From an uncultured Clostridia bacterium (lineage in GTDB: Bacteria; Bacillota; Clostridia; TANB77; CAG-508): a DNA stretch of 64,000 nt. Under the pieces are notes generated by a model that saw only the letters and a program-made list of their open reading frames with translations, searched no databases and was not told where the DNA came from. This document shows, piece by piece, positions 31,030 to 40,501 of the stretch. The position numbers and the translations under genes are program-made. How positions within the stretch are numbered: position 1 is the stretch's first letter; every line of letters begins with the position of its first letter. The stretch covers positions 86,824 to 150,823 of the forward strand of contig CAKPSF010000001.1 of the NCBI GenBank assembly GCA_934183305.1, read 5' to 3'.

Positions 31030-31419
31030 TGGTGAATTTTCTAATGTTACAAATGCTATGTTATTTTTCTCTAAAGAAGCAATATTTTCATCTATATATT
31101 TATTTATATCATTCTTTGAAGTTACATATCCTATTTTTTCATTATTTATAGAAACTTCATATTGTGGTTTGTATTTAATTAATATTATTGCAGTTATAAT
31201 TAAAAATGCAACAAATGCTATTTTTAATAATTTTATAAACTCTTTTGTGTAGTATTTAATATTGTTGTTTAAAATAAATTAACACTCTCCTTTTTTGCAT
31301 CTTTTAGTGCAACAAATATTATTATACTACATATTGTTCCAAATGTCAAATTATGTATACCTTTATCAATAAATAAAGGTTTTGTTAAAATTTAACAAAA
31401 CCTTTGTATCTCATATTTT

Positions 31420-31929
31420 CTAAGCAAAATACTGGCTAATCTGTTGTAATCCCTCAAAGTTTTTTTGTCTTAAAACTTCATAAACTACAATTGCCACTGA
31501 GTTAGATAAATTAAGTGACCTTAGTCCTTCTCTCATTGGAATCCTTATAGCATTATTTATATTTTCTTTTAATAGAGTTTCTGGCAATCCTTTTGTTTCT
31601 TTTCCAAACAATAAAAATATCTCATCGTATTTATTATACTCAATTTCAGAATAAATATGTTTTGATTTTGTACTAACTAAAAAAACATTGTTTTTTAATT
31701 TTCCATTTTCATATGCATATTTATTTAAAAACGCTTCTAAATTTTCGTGTTCTTCTATATCTAACTTGTCCCAATAATCAAGTCCTGCTCTTTTTAAATA
31801 TTTATCATTTATTTCAAATCCAAGTGGTTTAACCAAATGTAATTTTGCTCCAGTTGCAGCACATGTTCTTGCAACATTTCCTGTATTTTGTGGTATTTCT
31901 GGTTCTACCATTACTATATTTATTTTCAT
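31420..31929 (-). CDS. trmL: tRNA (cytidine/uridine-2'-O)-methyltransferase TrmL (SpoU family)
   Basis: 169 aa; SPOUT knot motifs (VEPEIPQNTGNVARTCAATG, LFGKETKGLPE, LNLSNSVAIVVYE). Confidence 0.8.
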   Translation of the reverse strand: MKINIVMVEPEIPQNTGNVARTCAATGAKLHLVKPLGFEINDKYLKRAGLDYWDKLDIEEHENLEAFLNKYAYENGKLKNNVFLVSTKSKHIYSEIEYNKYDEIFLLFGKETKGLPETLLKENINNAIRIPMREGLRSLNLSNSVAIVVYEVLRQKNFEGLQQISQYFA

Positions 31930-31933
31930 AATA

Positions 31934-32518
31934 TTACTCTGCCTTATATTTTATTTTTATATTTTGAATATCAACTTTAAATTTGCTAGGAGGATCTGTT
32001 CTAGCAAGTCTAAGACTTAAATATATTTTCTTATCTTTATTTTTTATATAATTTCTATAAAGGTTTGGTTTAAGTTTAAAAGTAAAAGTATTTTTTGTTC
32101 CAATATTCTGACTAGGATATCTAACTTGATATACAAAATCTTTTTTATATTGATTAGGCGTATCTATACCCATGCCTATTCCGCAACAAATAATAGTATC
32201 TGGCTTTTTTTCTTTTATTATATAATCAAATGAAATTATATAGGTATTTTTTTCATTTATTTCTATTCCAGTAAAATAATCTATATAATATCCATTGTAT
32301 GGATCATTAACTGCTGTATCCGAATACCTTTTTACCAAGTAACCAGCAATAATATCTGATGCATCGTCTGTTTTTGATGTTATTTCTTGTCCAACAACAT
32401 AAGCAGCATCATCTACATTATTAGATGATGTACCCAATATTCGTATTCCAAATGTTATTAATAATATTACAATTAATACTGCTGCTGCTATTAATAACGC
32501 TTTTGATGCATTTTCCAT
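31934..32518 (-). CDS. membrane-anchored protein with one copy of a jelly-roll/CBM-like module shared with the downstream 633-aa protein
   Basis: N-terminal hydrophobic anchor MENASKALLIAAAVLIVILLI; C-terminal CCGIGMGIDTPNQYKK...RLARTDPPSKFKVDIQNIKIKY parallels the CGIGYGT...FVRTNSKASVNVDISSMQLEYG repeats. Confidence 0.5.
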   Translation of the reverse strand: MENASKALLIAAAVLIVILLITFGIRILGTSSNNVDDAAYVVGQEITSKTDDASDIIAGYLVKRYSDTAVNDPYNGYYIDYFTGIEINEKNTYIISFDYIIKEKKPDTIICCGIGMGIDTPNQYKKDFVYQVRYPSQNIGTKNTFTFKLKPNLYRNYIKNKDKKIYLSLRLARTDPPSKFKVDIQNIKIKYKAE

Positions 32519-32540
32519 TTTATTACCTCTATTTATATAG

Positions 32541-34394
32541 TTAATCTAATGTATATCCATCATATTCAATTTCTATTTTTGATGGTGCAACTTCTGTTAC
32601 AATTTCAATTTTAGTATAATCTTCATATGCTGGTAATTCTGGTAATGCAATACTTTCATATACAGTTTCACTTAAAGAATATAAATTTCCATTTGAATCT
32701 ACTCCTGTATTTCTTGCTATGCATTGTTTTCTAAAATCTATATAATCAGCATAATTTCCAGTTTTTCTTAATGGTTCATCTAAATATATATTTACTACTG
32801 AACTTACTTGTTCTTTATAAGGTACATAGTCTGTTGCAGTTTCTCCATATTCAAGTTGTACAGAACTAATATCTACATTTACGTTAGCTTTTGAATTTGT
32901 TCTTGCAAATCTTATAAATAGAAAATTGTTATTACCTATATCAGATGGTGTAGTAAATGTAACAACATGTCTTCCATTTGTTTTATTTGGGTATTTCTTG
33001 GTATAGATTATGTCACTGCTATAAGATTTTGTTCCATATCCAATGCCACACCCAATGTCATCAGTTGTCAAATTCACTTTATAATCAAATGATAATGTGT
33101 ATGTGCAGTCAGGTTGTAAAAAGAAATCTGTGGTTGTATTTATAAAATAATTATTCTCATATGACAAATTAAAGTCCGACACATTTATTAAGTTAACTGC
33201 ATTTTTTACATTTTCGCTCTTTATTTGTATTCTGTATTTGCCATAAGGTGTGTACGCTGTTGCTATTGTTCCATATTCAAGTTGCATAGAACTAATATCT
33301 ACATTTACACTAGCTTTTGAATTTGTTCTTACAAATCTTACAAATAAATACTTCTCATCCCCTATGTCGGTTGGCGTAGTGAATGTAACAACATGTCTTC
33401 CATTTACTTGATTTGGATATTTTAATTCTCTCATATCACTTGAATAAGCACTTGTACCATATCCAATACCACAATAAAGAGTACCTGATGTCGAATTTAC
33501 TTTATAGTCAAATGATAATGTATATGTGCAATTAGGTTTCAAAAGAAATCCTGTTGCTGTATCCCTATAATAGAAATCTTCATATGCTACATTAAAATCT
33601 GGTATATTTATTAAATTTACTGCATCTCCAACACTCTGCATTTCGCAAGGTACATAATCTGTGGCTGTTGATCCTTTTTCTAGCTGTATATTTTTAAATT
33701 TTACATTAAGATTAGTATTTGCTCCATTATTTCCTTGCAAGTTAAACCCAAATACTTCTAAATCACTTTCTATTGTGAATTTTATTGATTTTCTTTCCCA
33801 TTGTTTTGGTGTTATATTTACATATTCTCTATATGAGCTATTGTCTTTAAATAATACTCCTACTCTAACTTGTTTGGTTCCCGCATCATCATCTGCCATT
33901 ACATCAAATGAAAACGTATATGTTCCTGCTTTAAGAACACTAACATTAGATTTCATAAAACAATAGCTTACTCCACTACTAACTGTATTTGTAATTACTC
34001 CATCTGAAATAGTAGAAATGTTAGTTTTAGAACCATTTGAGTAATAAAAATCAGTTACTGAATTTATATTAAATAAATTAACACTTTGGGTCGTGTTTCC
34101 GTATATTCTATAGTTAACTAATTTACTTTCAAATGTTTTTTCCAATTCTAAGGTATTAGAATTATCAACATACGCAGTTAAATTTTGTCTATTCTTTTTT
34201 CTTAAATCGGTATATACATCTGTATAAGATGAACTATCATTTGACTTATAATAGATTTCTTTGATTAAACTAAATTGTTCTTTTAATGATTTAGAATTAT
34301 TTATAACATTGGCATATGATATTATTAAAAAGCCTATCATAAATAATAAAGTTACCAATGTAAATATTGAAATTGAACCTTTTGCTTCTTTCAT
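32541..34394 (-). CDS. membrane-anchored surface protein with three tandem ~150-aa jelly-roll/carbohydrate-binding-like repeats each ending QLEKG/QLEYG-xxATDYVP
   Basis: Probable start ATG 34394 (MKEAKGSISIFTLVTLLF, AAAGGAG RBS); three internal repeats (NCTYTLSFDYKVN...CGIGYGT...RHVVTFTTP...NVDISS.QLEYG.TATDYVPY). Confidence 0.55.
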   Translation of the reverse strand: MKEAKGSISIFTLVTLLFMIGFLIISYANVINNSKSLKEQFSLIKEIYYKSNDSSSYTDVYTDLRKKNRQNLTAYVDNSNTLELEKTFESKLVNYRIYGNTTQSVNLFNINSVTDFYYSNGSKTNISTISDGVITNTVSSGVSYCFMKSNVSVLKAGTYTFSFDVMADDDAGTKQVRVGVLFKDNSSYREYVNITPKQWERKSIKFTIESDLEVFGFNLQGNNGANTNLNVKFKNIQLEKGSTATDYVPCEMQSVGDAVNLINIPDFNVAYEDFYYRDTATGFLLKPNCTYTLSFDYKVNSTSGTLYCGIGYGTSAYSSDMRELKYPNQVNGRHVVTFTTPTDIGDEKYLFVRFVRTNSKASVNVDISSMQLEYGTIATAYTPYGKYRIQIKSENVKNAVNLINVSDFNLSYENNYFINTTTDFFLQPDCTYTLSFDYKVNLTTDDIGCGIGYGTKSYSSDIIYTKKYPNKTNGRHVVTFTTPSDIGNNNFLFIRFARTNSKANVNVDISSVQLEYGETATDYVPYKEQVSSVVNIYLDEPLRKTGNYADYIDFRKQCIARNTGVDSNGNLYSLSETVYESIALPELPAYEDYTKIEIVTEVAPSKIEIEYDGYTLD

Positions 34395-34572
34395 TATTTT
34401 TTCTCCTTTGCGTATATTTATAGTCTTCCCATTTTGCCACATTTATAATATTATAAAATTTTAAAAAATTCAATAGTTTAACTATATAAATTATAGTTTA
34501 TCTAATAGAAATATATATATTTCTATTTTTATTATTGCTAACTTCCAAATTAATATTTCTTACTTATTCCAA

Positions 34573-34601
34573 TTGACTTATTTATATTTTAATTATATAC
34601 T
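34573..34601 (+). promoter_or_regulatory. sigma-A-type promoter for the 2-oxoacid:ferredoxin oxidoreductase operon (TTGACT-17 nt-TATACT)
   Basis: Near-consensus hexamers, 17-nt spacer, ~40 nt upstream of AAGGAGG RBS. Confidence 0.5.
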
Positions 34602-34638
34602 TAATGTGTTGATTTTTATTAAAAAAGGAGGAATCTTT

Positions 34639-35217
34639 GTGAACGATTTAATTGAAATTAGATGGCACGGTAGAGGCGGTCAAGGTGCTAAAACAGCTTC
34701 CTTATTATTAGCAGATGCTGCTTTTAATACTGGCAAATATATTCAAGGTTTCCCTGAATATGGTCCAGAAAGAATGGGAGCTCCTATTACAGCATATAAC
34801 CGTATTAGTAACAAACCAATAACTATCCATTCTAATATTTATGAACCTGACTATGTCGTTGTAGTTGATGATTCATTATTAGATTGCGTTGATGTAACTT
34901 CTGGTTTAAAACAAGATGGTGCGATAGTTATAAATACAACTAAGGATGCAGATGAAGTTAAAACAAAATTAAAAAATTATTCTGGAAAGATTTTTACAGT
35001 TGATGCAAGAGAAATATCTATTGAGGCTTTGGGTAAATATTTTCCTAATACACCTATGCTTGCAGCAATAGTTAAGGTTTCTGGGGTTATGACAGATGAA
35101 GAACTTTTAGAAGATATGAAATCATCTTTTAAACATAAATTTGCTAAAAAACCTGAAGTTATTGATGGCAATATGAAAGCTTTAGAGCTTGCTTTAAAAG
35201 CTGTTAAACAAATATAA
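34639..35217 (+). CDS. porC: 2-oxoacid:ferredoxin oxidoreductase gamma subunit (PorC/VorC-type)
   Basis: GTG start 34639 after AAGGAGG (ORF track starts earlier); IEIRWHGRGGQGAKTAS motif. Confidence 0.8.
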   Translation: MNDLIEIRWHGRGGQGAKTASLLLADAAFNTGKYIQGFPEYGPERMGAPITAYNRISNKPITIHSNIYEPDYVVVVDDSLLDCVDVTSGLKQDGAIVINTTKDADEVKTKLKNYSGKIFTVDAREISIEALGKYFPNTPMLAAIVKVSGVMTDEELLEDMKSSFKHKFAKKPEVIDGNMKALELALKAVKQI

Positions 35218-35234
35218 ATTGGAGGTTAAGTTTT

Positions 35235-35516
35235 ATGGAAATAACACCAAATACACCTGCTGAAGAATTAACAGTTGGTGGAAATATATATGAAGCTGGT
35301 AATGCAAGAAATTTTAAAACTGGAGATTGGCGTTCTTCTAAGCCTATTTTCTTAAGTGAAAAATGTAAACAATGTGGTTTATGTTTTCCAGTTTGTCCAG
35401 ATGATGCTATACCAGTAAACAAAGAACAAAAAAGAGAAGATTTTGATTATGATTATTGTAAGGGTTGCGGTGTTTGTGCAAAAGTTTGTCCATTCGGTGC
35501 AATCACAATGGAATAA
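35235..35516 (+). CDS. porD: 2-oxoacid:ferredoxin oxidoreductase delta subunit (2x[4Fe-4S] ferredoxin-type)
   Basis: Two CxxCxxCxxxCP motifs (CKQCGLCFPVCP, CKGCGVCAKVCP); 93 aa. Confidence 0.8.
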   Translation: MEITPNTPAEELTVGGNIYEAGNARNFKTGDWRSSKPIFLSEKCKQCGLCFPVCPDDAIPVNKEQKREDFDYDYCKGCGVCAKVCPFGAITME

Positions 35517-35532
35517 GAAAGGAAAATAAATT

Positions 35533-36726
35533 ATGAGTATAAGAGAACGTTTAAGTGGAAATGAAGCTGTCGCTACAGCTATGAAACAAATAAATCCAGA
35601 TGTTGTTGCCGCTTTCCCTATTACTCCTTCTACTGAAATACCTCAGTATTTCTCAACTTTTGTTAGTAATGGGCAAGTTGATACAGAATTTGTTGCAGTA
35701 GAAAGTGAACACAGTGCAATGAGTGCTTGTATAGGTGCCGAAGCAGCAGGTGCAAGAGCTATGACTGCAACTTCTGCAAATGGTTTATCTTTAATGTGGG
35801 AAATGATTTATATTGCATCTAGCTTACGTTTACCTATTGTTTTATCTTTGGTAAACAGAGCTGTATCTGGACCTTTAAATATACACAATGACCATTCAGA
35901 CGCAATGGGAGTTAGAGATGCTGGATGGGTAATGCTATTTAGCGAAAACAACCAAGAAGCTTATGATAACACAATAATGGCTCATAGAATTGCTGAACAT
36001 AAGGATGTACAATTACCATTAATGGTATGCCAAGATGGATTTATAACATCTCATTCTATAGAAAATATTGAACTTATAGAAGATGATAAAGTTAAAGAAT
36101 TCGTTGGAGAATATCATCCAGAACATTACTTATTAAATAAAAAAGAACCTATTGCTGTTGGTCCTTTAGATTTACAAGCTTATTTATTTGAACATAAATT
36201 CCAACAGGCTGAAGCTATGAGAAATGCAAAAAAAGTTATTTTAGAAGTTTCAAAAGATTTCGAAAAAATGACCGGAAGACATTACTCTTTATTTGAAGAA
36301 TATAATATGGAAGATGCTGAAATTGCAATAGTTTGTATGAACTCCACAGCTGGAACCACAAAATTTGTTGTAGACAAATTAAGAGCGCAAGGAATTAAAG
36401 CTGGACTATTAAAAATAAGAGTTTATAGACCATTCCCAGGCGAAGAAGTTGCAAAAGCATTAGAACACGTTAAAGCTGTTGCAGTTTTAGACAAAGCTGA
36501 TTCATTAAATGCTATTGGTGGTGCATTATTTGAAGATGTTGTATCTAGCTTATATGTTAATAAAAAAGATGTACCAGTTGTAAATTATGTTTATGGTATT
36601 GGTGGTAGAGATACAAAATCAAATGATATAGAAGAAGTATTTAATGATTTACAAAAAATTGTTAAAGACAATGGAAAAATTGATAATCCATATAGATATT
36701 TAGGACTTAGAAGGGAGGAAAAATAA
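35533..36726 (+). CDS. porA: 2-oxoacid:ferredoxin oxidoreductase alpha subunit
   Basis: 397 aa; PorA-type transketolase-like domain. Confidence 0.8.
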   Translation: MSIRERLSGNEAVATAMKQINPDVVAAFPITPSTEIPQYFSTFVSNGQVDTEFVAVESEHSAMSACIGAEAAGARAMTATSANGLSLMWEMIYIASSLRLPIVLSLVNRAVSGPLNIHNDHSDAMGVRDAGWVMLFSENNQEAYDNTIMAHRIAEHKDVQLPLMVCQDGFITSHSIENIELIEDDKVKEFVGEYHPEHYLLNKKEPIAVGPLDLQAYLFEHKFQQAEAMRNAKKVILEVSKDFEKMTGRHYSLFEEYNMEDAEIAIVCMNSTAGTTKFVVDKLRAQGIKAGLLKIRVYRPFPGEEVAKALEHVKAVAVLDKADSLNAIGGALFEDVVSSLYVNKKDVPVVNYVYGIGGRDTKSNDIEEVFNDLQKIVKDNGKIDNPYRYLGLRREEK

Positions 36727-37680
36727 ATGGGATATAATTTAAAAGAAGTTATAGCAAATAAACCTTCTAGATTCACAGCAGGTCATAGAATGTGTGCTGG
36801 TTGTGGTGCTCCAGTTGTTGGAAGAATGGTATTAAGAGCTTTAAAACCTGAAGATCACGCAGTAATTTGTAATGCAACTGGTTGTATGGAGGTTTCAACT
36901 TTCATATATCCATATACAGCTTGGACAGATTCGTTTATACATACAGCTTTTGAATGTGCTGGTGCAACATTATCTGGTGCTGAAGCTGCATATGTTTCTA
37001 TGAAAAAGCAGGGAAAATTACCACAGAATGAAGACACTAAATTTATAGCCTTTGGTGGAGACGGTGGAACTTACGATATAGGTCTTCAAAGTTTATCTGG
37101 TGCTATGGAAAGAGGACATGATATGGTATATGTATGCTATGATAATGGTGCATATATGAATACTGGTATTCAACGTTCTTCTGCAACACCAAAATTTGCA
37201 GACACAACAACCTCTCCTGCTGGTAGCGTTATTCCTGGAAAAATGCAAACAAGAAAAGACTTAGCAAAAGTTATGGTAGGTCACCATTTACCATATGTTG
37301 CTCAAACTGCTGCTTATGGAAATTTCAAAGATTTATATGAAAAATCTGAAAAAGCAATATATACAAAAGGAGCTTGCTTCTTAAATGTACTTGCTCCATG
37401 TCCTAGAGGATGGGGATATTCTACTGATGATTTAATGAAATTAAATAAATTAGCTGTTGAAACTTGTTATTGGCCATTATACGAAGTTATAGATGGTAAA
37501 TACACAATAAATTATAAGCCAGCAAAAAAACTTCCAGTAGAAGAATTTTTAAGACCACAAAAGAGATTTAAACATATGTTTAAACCTGGAAATGAGTGGA
37601 TGATAGAAGAATTCCAAAAAGAAGTAGATGCTAGATGGCAAGAGCTTCTAGATTTAGAAGAAATGACAAACAAAGAGTAA
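36727..37680 (+). CDS. porB: 2-oxoacid:ferredoxin oxidoreductase beta subunit (TPP-binding)
   Basis: TPP motif GDGGTYDIGLQSL...NGAYMNTG, Cys ligands for a [4Fe-4S] cluster near the N-terminus (CAGCGAP, CNATGC). Confidence 0.8.
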   Translation: MGYNLKEVIANKPSRFTAGHRMCAGCGAPVVGRMVLRALKPEDHAVICNATGCMEVSTFIYPYTAWTDSFIHTAFECAGATLSGAEAAYVSMKKQGKLPQNEDTKFIAFGGDGGTYDIGLQSLSGAMERGHDMVYVCYDNGAYMNTGIQRSSATPKFADTTTSPAGSVIPGKMQTRKDLAKVMVGHHLPYVAQTAAYGNFKDLYEKSEKAIYTKGACFLNVLAPCPRGWGYSTDDLMKLNKLAVETCYWPLYEVIDGKYTINYKPAKKLPVEEFLRPQKRFKHMFKPGNEWMIEEFQKEVDARWQELLDLEEMTNKE

Positions 37681-37685
37681 AAAAC

Positions 37686-37720
37686 AAAAAGGAGATAATT
37701 AAAAAATTATCTCCTTTTTA
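37686..37720. terminator. bidirectional terminator (AAAAAGGAGATAATT/AATTATCTCCTTTTT) between porB and ferredoxin gene
   Basis: 15-bp perfect stem, 5-nt loop, A/T runs on both sides. Confidence 0.7.
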
Positions 37721-37736
37721 CTTTATTTAACAAACA

Positions 37737-37907
37737 TTATTCTTCAACTGGAGCTTCTACTGGGCAAACTCCTGCACATGTTCCACAAGATATACATGCT
37801 TCTTGATTTATTTCATATTTGTTATCTCCTTGCTTTATGCATTCTACTGGACATGCTCCTGCACATGCTCCACAAGATATGCAAGCATCTGTAATTTTGT
37901 ATGCCAT
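37737..37907 (-). CDS. fdx: clostridial-type 2[4Fe-4S] ferredoxin, 56 aa (MAYKITDACISCGACAGACPVECIKQGDNKYEINQEACISCGTCAGVCPVEAPVEE)
   Basis: Hand-translated, below ORF-track threshold; two CxxCxxCxxxCP motifs; RBS AGGAAGGTG; convergent with por operon. Confidence 0.85.
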   Translation of the reverse strand: MAYKITDACISCGACAGACPVECIKQGDNKYEINQEACISCGTCAGVCPVEAPVEE

Positions 37908-37924
37908 ATTTTTCACCTTCCTTT

Positions 37925-38818
37925 CTACTCTTGTTCTATCTTTCTTAATTCTTCTTCTTCATCAATTTCTTCTTCTTTAACTTCTATATCTTTTGTTACT
38001 TTTACATCTTTTACATCATATTTTTTATAAAAGAATCCATCTCCATCTTTTAATTTAACTTTAACTTTTTCTTTTAATGTTTCTATTCCTTCAACTGTTC
38101 CTTCTCCATCTGCTGTTTTTACTGTTGCTCCAACTTTAGGTAATCTTGATAACTTTTCTTGATATACATCATGCTCGTATCTTAGACAACACATTAATCT
38201 TCCACAGTTTCCAGAAATCTTAGAAGATCCTAATGCTATATTTTGTTCTTTAGCCATTTTTATAGAAACACTGTCAAAATTATCTAAAAATGTACAACAG
38301 CATAATTCTCTACCGCAAATTCCATTTCCACCAATTTTTCTAACTTCGTCTCTTACACCTATTTGCCTTAATTCTATTCTTGTTTTAAAAATACTTGCAA
38401 GTTCTTTTACTAAATCTCTAAAATCAATTCTTCCATCTGCAGTAAAGTAAAATAATAATTTGCTATTATCAAAAGTATATTTAACTTCTGTTAAATTCAT
38501 ATCTAATTTATATTTTTTTATTAATTTATTTGCAGTTTTTAAAGCCTCTTTTTCTTTTCTTATATTATCTTCATAATGTTTTTTATCTTTAAAATTAGCT
38601 TTTCTAATTATTGGTTTTAATGGTGTTTTTAATTTATCTGCTGAAACTTCTTTATTTGGCACAACAACTTCTGTGTATTCTTCTCCTATTGCTGTTTCAA
38701 CTATTACATAGTCTCCTTTTTTTAGTTTTTCTCCTTTAGGATCAAAGAAATATATTTTTCCAGCTTCTTTAAATTTAATTCCTATTATTGTTTTATTCAA
38801 TTTTTCACTCTCCTCCAA
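37925..38818 (-). CDS. ricT: PSP1-domain protein RicT/YaaT
   Basis: 297 aa; PSP1 C-terminal domain with conserved Cys cluster (CGRELCCCTF...CGRLMCC); downstream of holB as in the B. subtilis holB-yaaT arrangement. Confidence 0.75.
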   Translation of the reverse strand: MEESEKLNKTIIGIKFKEAGKIYFFDPKGEKLKKGDYVIVETAIGEEYTEVVVPNKEVSADKLKTPLKPIIRKANFKDKKHYEDNIRKEKEALKTANKLIKKYKLDMNLTEVKYTFDNSKLLFYFTADGRIDFRDLVKELASIFKTRIELRQIGVRDEVRKIGGNGICGRELCCCTFLDNFDSVSIKMAKEQNIALGSSKISGNCGRLMCCLRYEHDVYQEKLSRLPKVGATVKTADGEGTVEGIETLKEKVKVKLKDGDGFFYKKYDVKDVKVTKDIEVKEEEIDEEEELRKIEQE

Positions 38819-39701
38819 AAATCTTAAATAATAAATTATCTATACACATATCATAATTACAATTTTGTTTTATATCTCTTTTAGCCTCTTCAACATATTT
38901 TATATATTCAATATATTTAAAATCTTTTTTTGCCTTTTCTATAAAAATTGTATTTATATATTCTAATATTTCCTTTATATGTTCTTTGTTTTTATACAAT
39001 ACTTCTAGCTTAGAGATTACATCTATTAATGTATATTTTTCTATATTATCAAATATTTTATCTACCTCTAAATATGTATTAGCATTAGAATATATATCCT
39101 GAGCTTTTCCTATGCTTCCTTCACATGCCTTTAACATATTTGGTGTAAATGTGTTTAAATCAAGTTTTTGTTTTATATAATTCATTAGTTCATTATTAGG
39201 TATTCCACAAAAATATAGTTTTAAACACCTAGATTTTATTGTGTTTAGAATCATATTTTCATTTGCCACAATTAATATTAATGTAACAAAACTTGGTGGT
39301 TCTTCTAATGTTTTTAACAAACAGTTTTGAGCATCTTTTGTCATGTATTCGCTATCATTTATTATATATACTTTTTTGTTTGAAACTATTGGCAACTCCT
39401 GTATTTTCTTTTGTAATTCTCTAATTGTATCTATTTTTATGCTATTTTCGTCATCTGCAAGGTTTATTTCATAATAATCTGGATTATTATTATCTACAAA
39501 ACTAATACAAGATTTGCACTTATTACATGGTTTGTTATTTTCATTTAGGCATAATATTCCTTTTGCGAACTCTTTTGCAAATTCTTTTTTTCCTATTCCT
39601 GATGGACCAATGAACATATAGCTATGTGATACATTATTGGCATTCAAAACTTTCTCTAGATTTTCTTTAATTTTATCATTTCCTATTAACTTTTCAAACA
39701 T
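38805..39701 (-). CDS. holB: DNA polymerase III subunit delta'
   Basis: AAA+ Walker A FIGPSGIGKKEFA, zinc module CNKCKSC, sensor motifs; 298 aa. Confidence 0.8.
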   Translation of the reverse strand: MFEKLIGNDKIKENLEKVLNANNVSHSYMFIGPSGIGKKEFAKEFAKGILCLNENNKPCNKCKSCISFVDNNNPDYYEINLADDENSIKIDTIRELQKKIQELPIVSNKKVYIINDSEYMTKDAQNCLLKTLEEPPSFVTLILIVANENMILNTIKSRCLKLYFCGIPNNELMNYIKQKLDLNTFTPNMLKACEGSIGKAQDIYSNANTYLEVDKIFDNIEKYTLIDVISKLEVLYKNKEHIKEILEYINTIFIEKAKKDFKYIEYIKYVEEAKRDIKQNCNYDMCIDNLLFKIFGGE

Positions 39702-39711
39702 TATTATTTCC

Positions 39712-40365
39712 TTAATTTATTTTTCCAAATACATTTAATGGCCAAAATCTAAATACAATTTTTCCTTCTATTTTGCTATATGGTATACATCCTAATCTTC
39801 TGGAATCCATGCTATGACTTCTGTTATCACCCATTACAAAAACTGTATTTTCTGGAACAATTACATCTAAGAATTGTCCACCTTGTACGTCGTCTGTTAT
39901 AACATCATCTGATAAATATTCTTCTTTTAATTGTTCCCCATTTATATATACTTTTCCGTCTTTTATTTGCACATGTTCACCTGGAAGTCCCACTACTCTT
40001 TTTATATAACTTGTTTTGTTAATTTCTACAACATTATAAAAAAACTTTCCTATTAAGCTTTTAGGTTCATTATTATATATTGCTGTTGGATGTTCTAAAT
40101 CCGCTTTTTCTCCGTTTAAGTATGATACACTTGGTGCTTCGAAGGTAATAATATCTCCTCTTTTAGGTGTTGTTTTGCATGTTCTATATAATCTATTTAA
40201 TATAAGTCTATCTTTATTATTAAATGTTGGATACATAGATGTTTGCTTTACTATTGTTGGAGTCCCAACATAATATCTAACCAATAGCGCTAATACAACT
40301 GCTATTATAATGCAATATATCCATTCTATAATATCTTTTATTTGTGCTTTTTTCTCTTCGCTCAT
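39712..40365 (-). CDS. lepB: signal peptidase I (S26 family)
   Basis: N-terminal TM, catalytic Ser region (TSMYPTF) and Lys box; GDNRSHSMDSR motif; 217 aa. Confidence 0.85.
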   Translation of the reverse strand: MSEEKKAQIKDIIEWIYCIIIAVVLALLVRYYVGTPTIVKQTSMYPTFNNKDRLILNRLYRTCKTTPKRGDIITFEAPSVSYLNGEKADLEHPTAIYNNEPKSLIGKFFYNVVEINKTSYIKRVVGLPGEHVQIKDGKVYINGEQLKEEYLSDDVITDDVQGGQFLDVIVPENTVFVMGDNRSHSMDSRRLGCIPYSKIEGKIVFRFWPLNVFGKIN

Positions 40366-40501
40366 TTATAATGCCTCCTTATAAATAACATATTTATTAT
40401 ATATTAATTTGCTATATTTATCAATATTTACGCTTAAATTTTATTATATCAAATGCAAAAATAAAATGGCGATTATAAAATTCGCCATTTTATTTCTTTA
40501 A

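Noticed and set aside
34573-34638. ORF-track N-terminal extension of porC (MTYLYFNYILNVLIFIKKGGIF)
   Set aside because: Extension overlaps the promoter and RBS; GTG at 34639 directly after AAGGAGG gives the conserved PorC N-terminus
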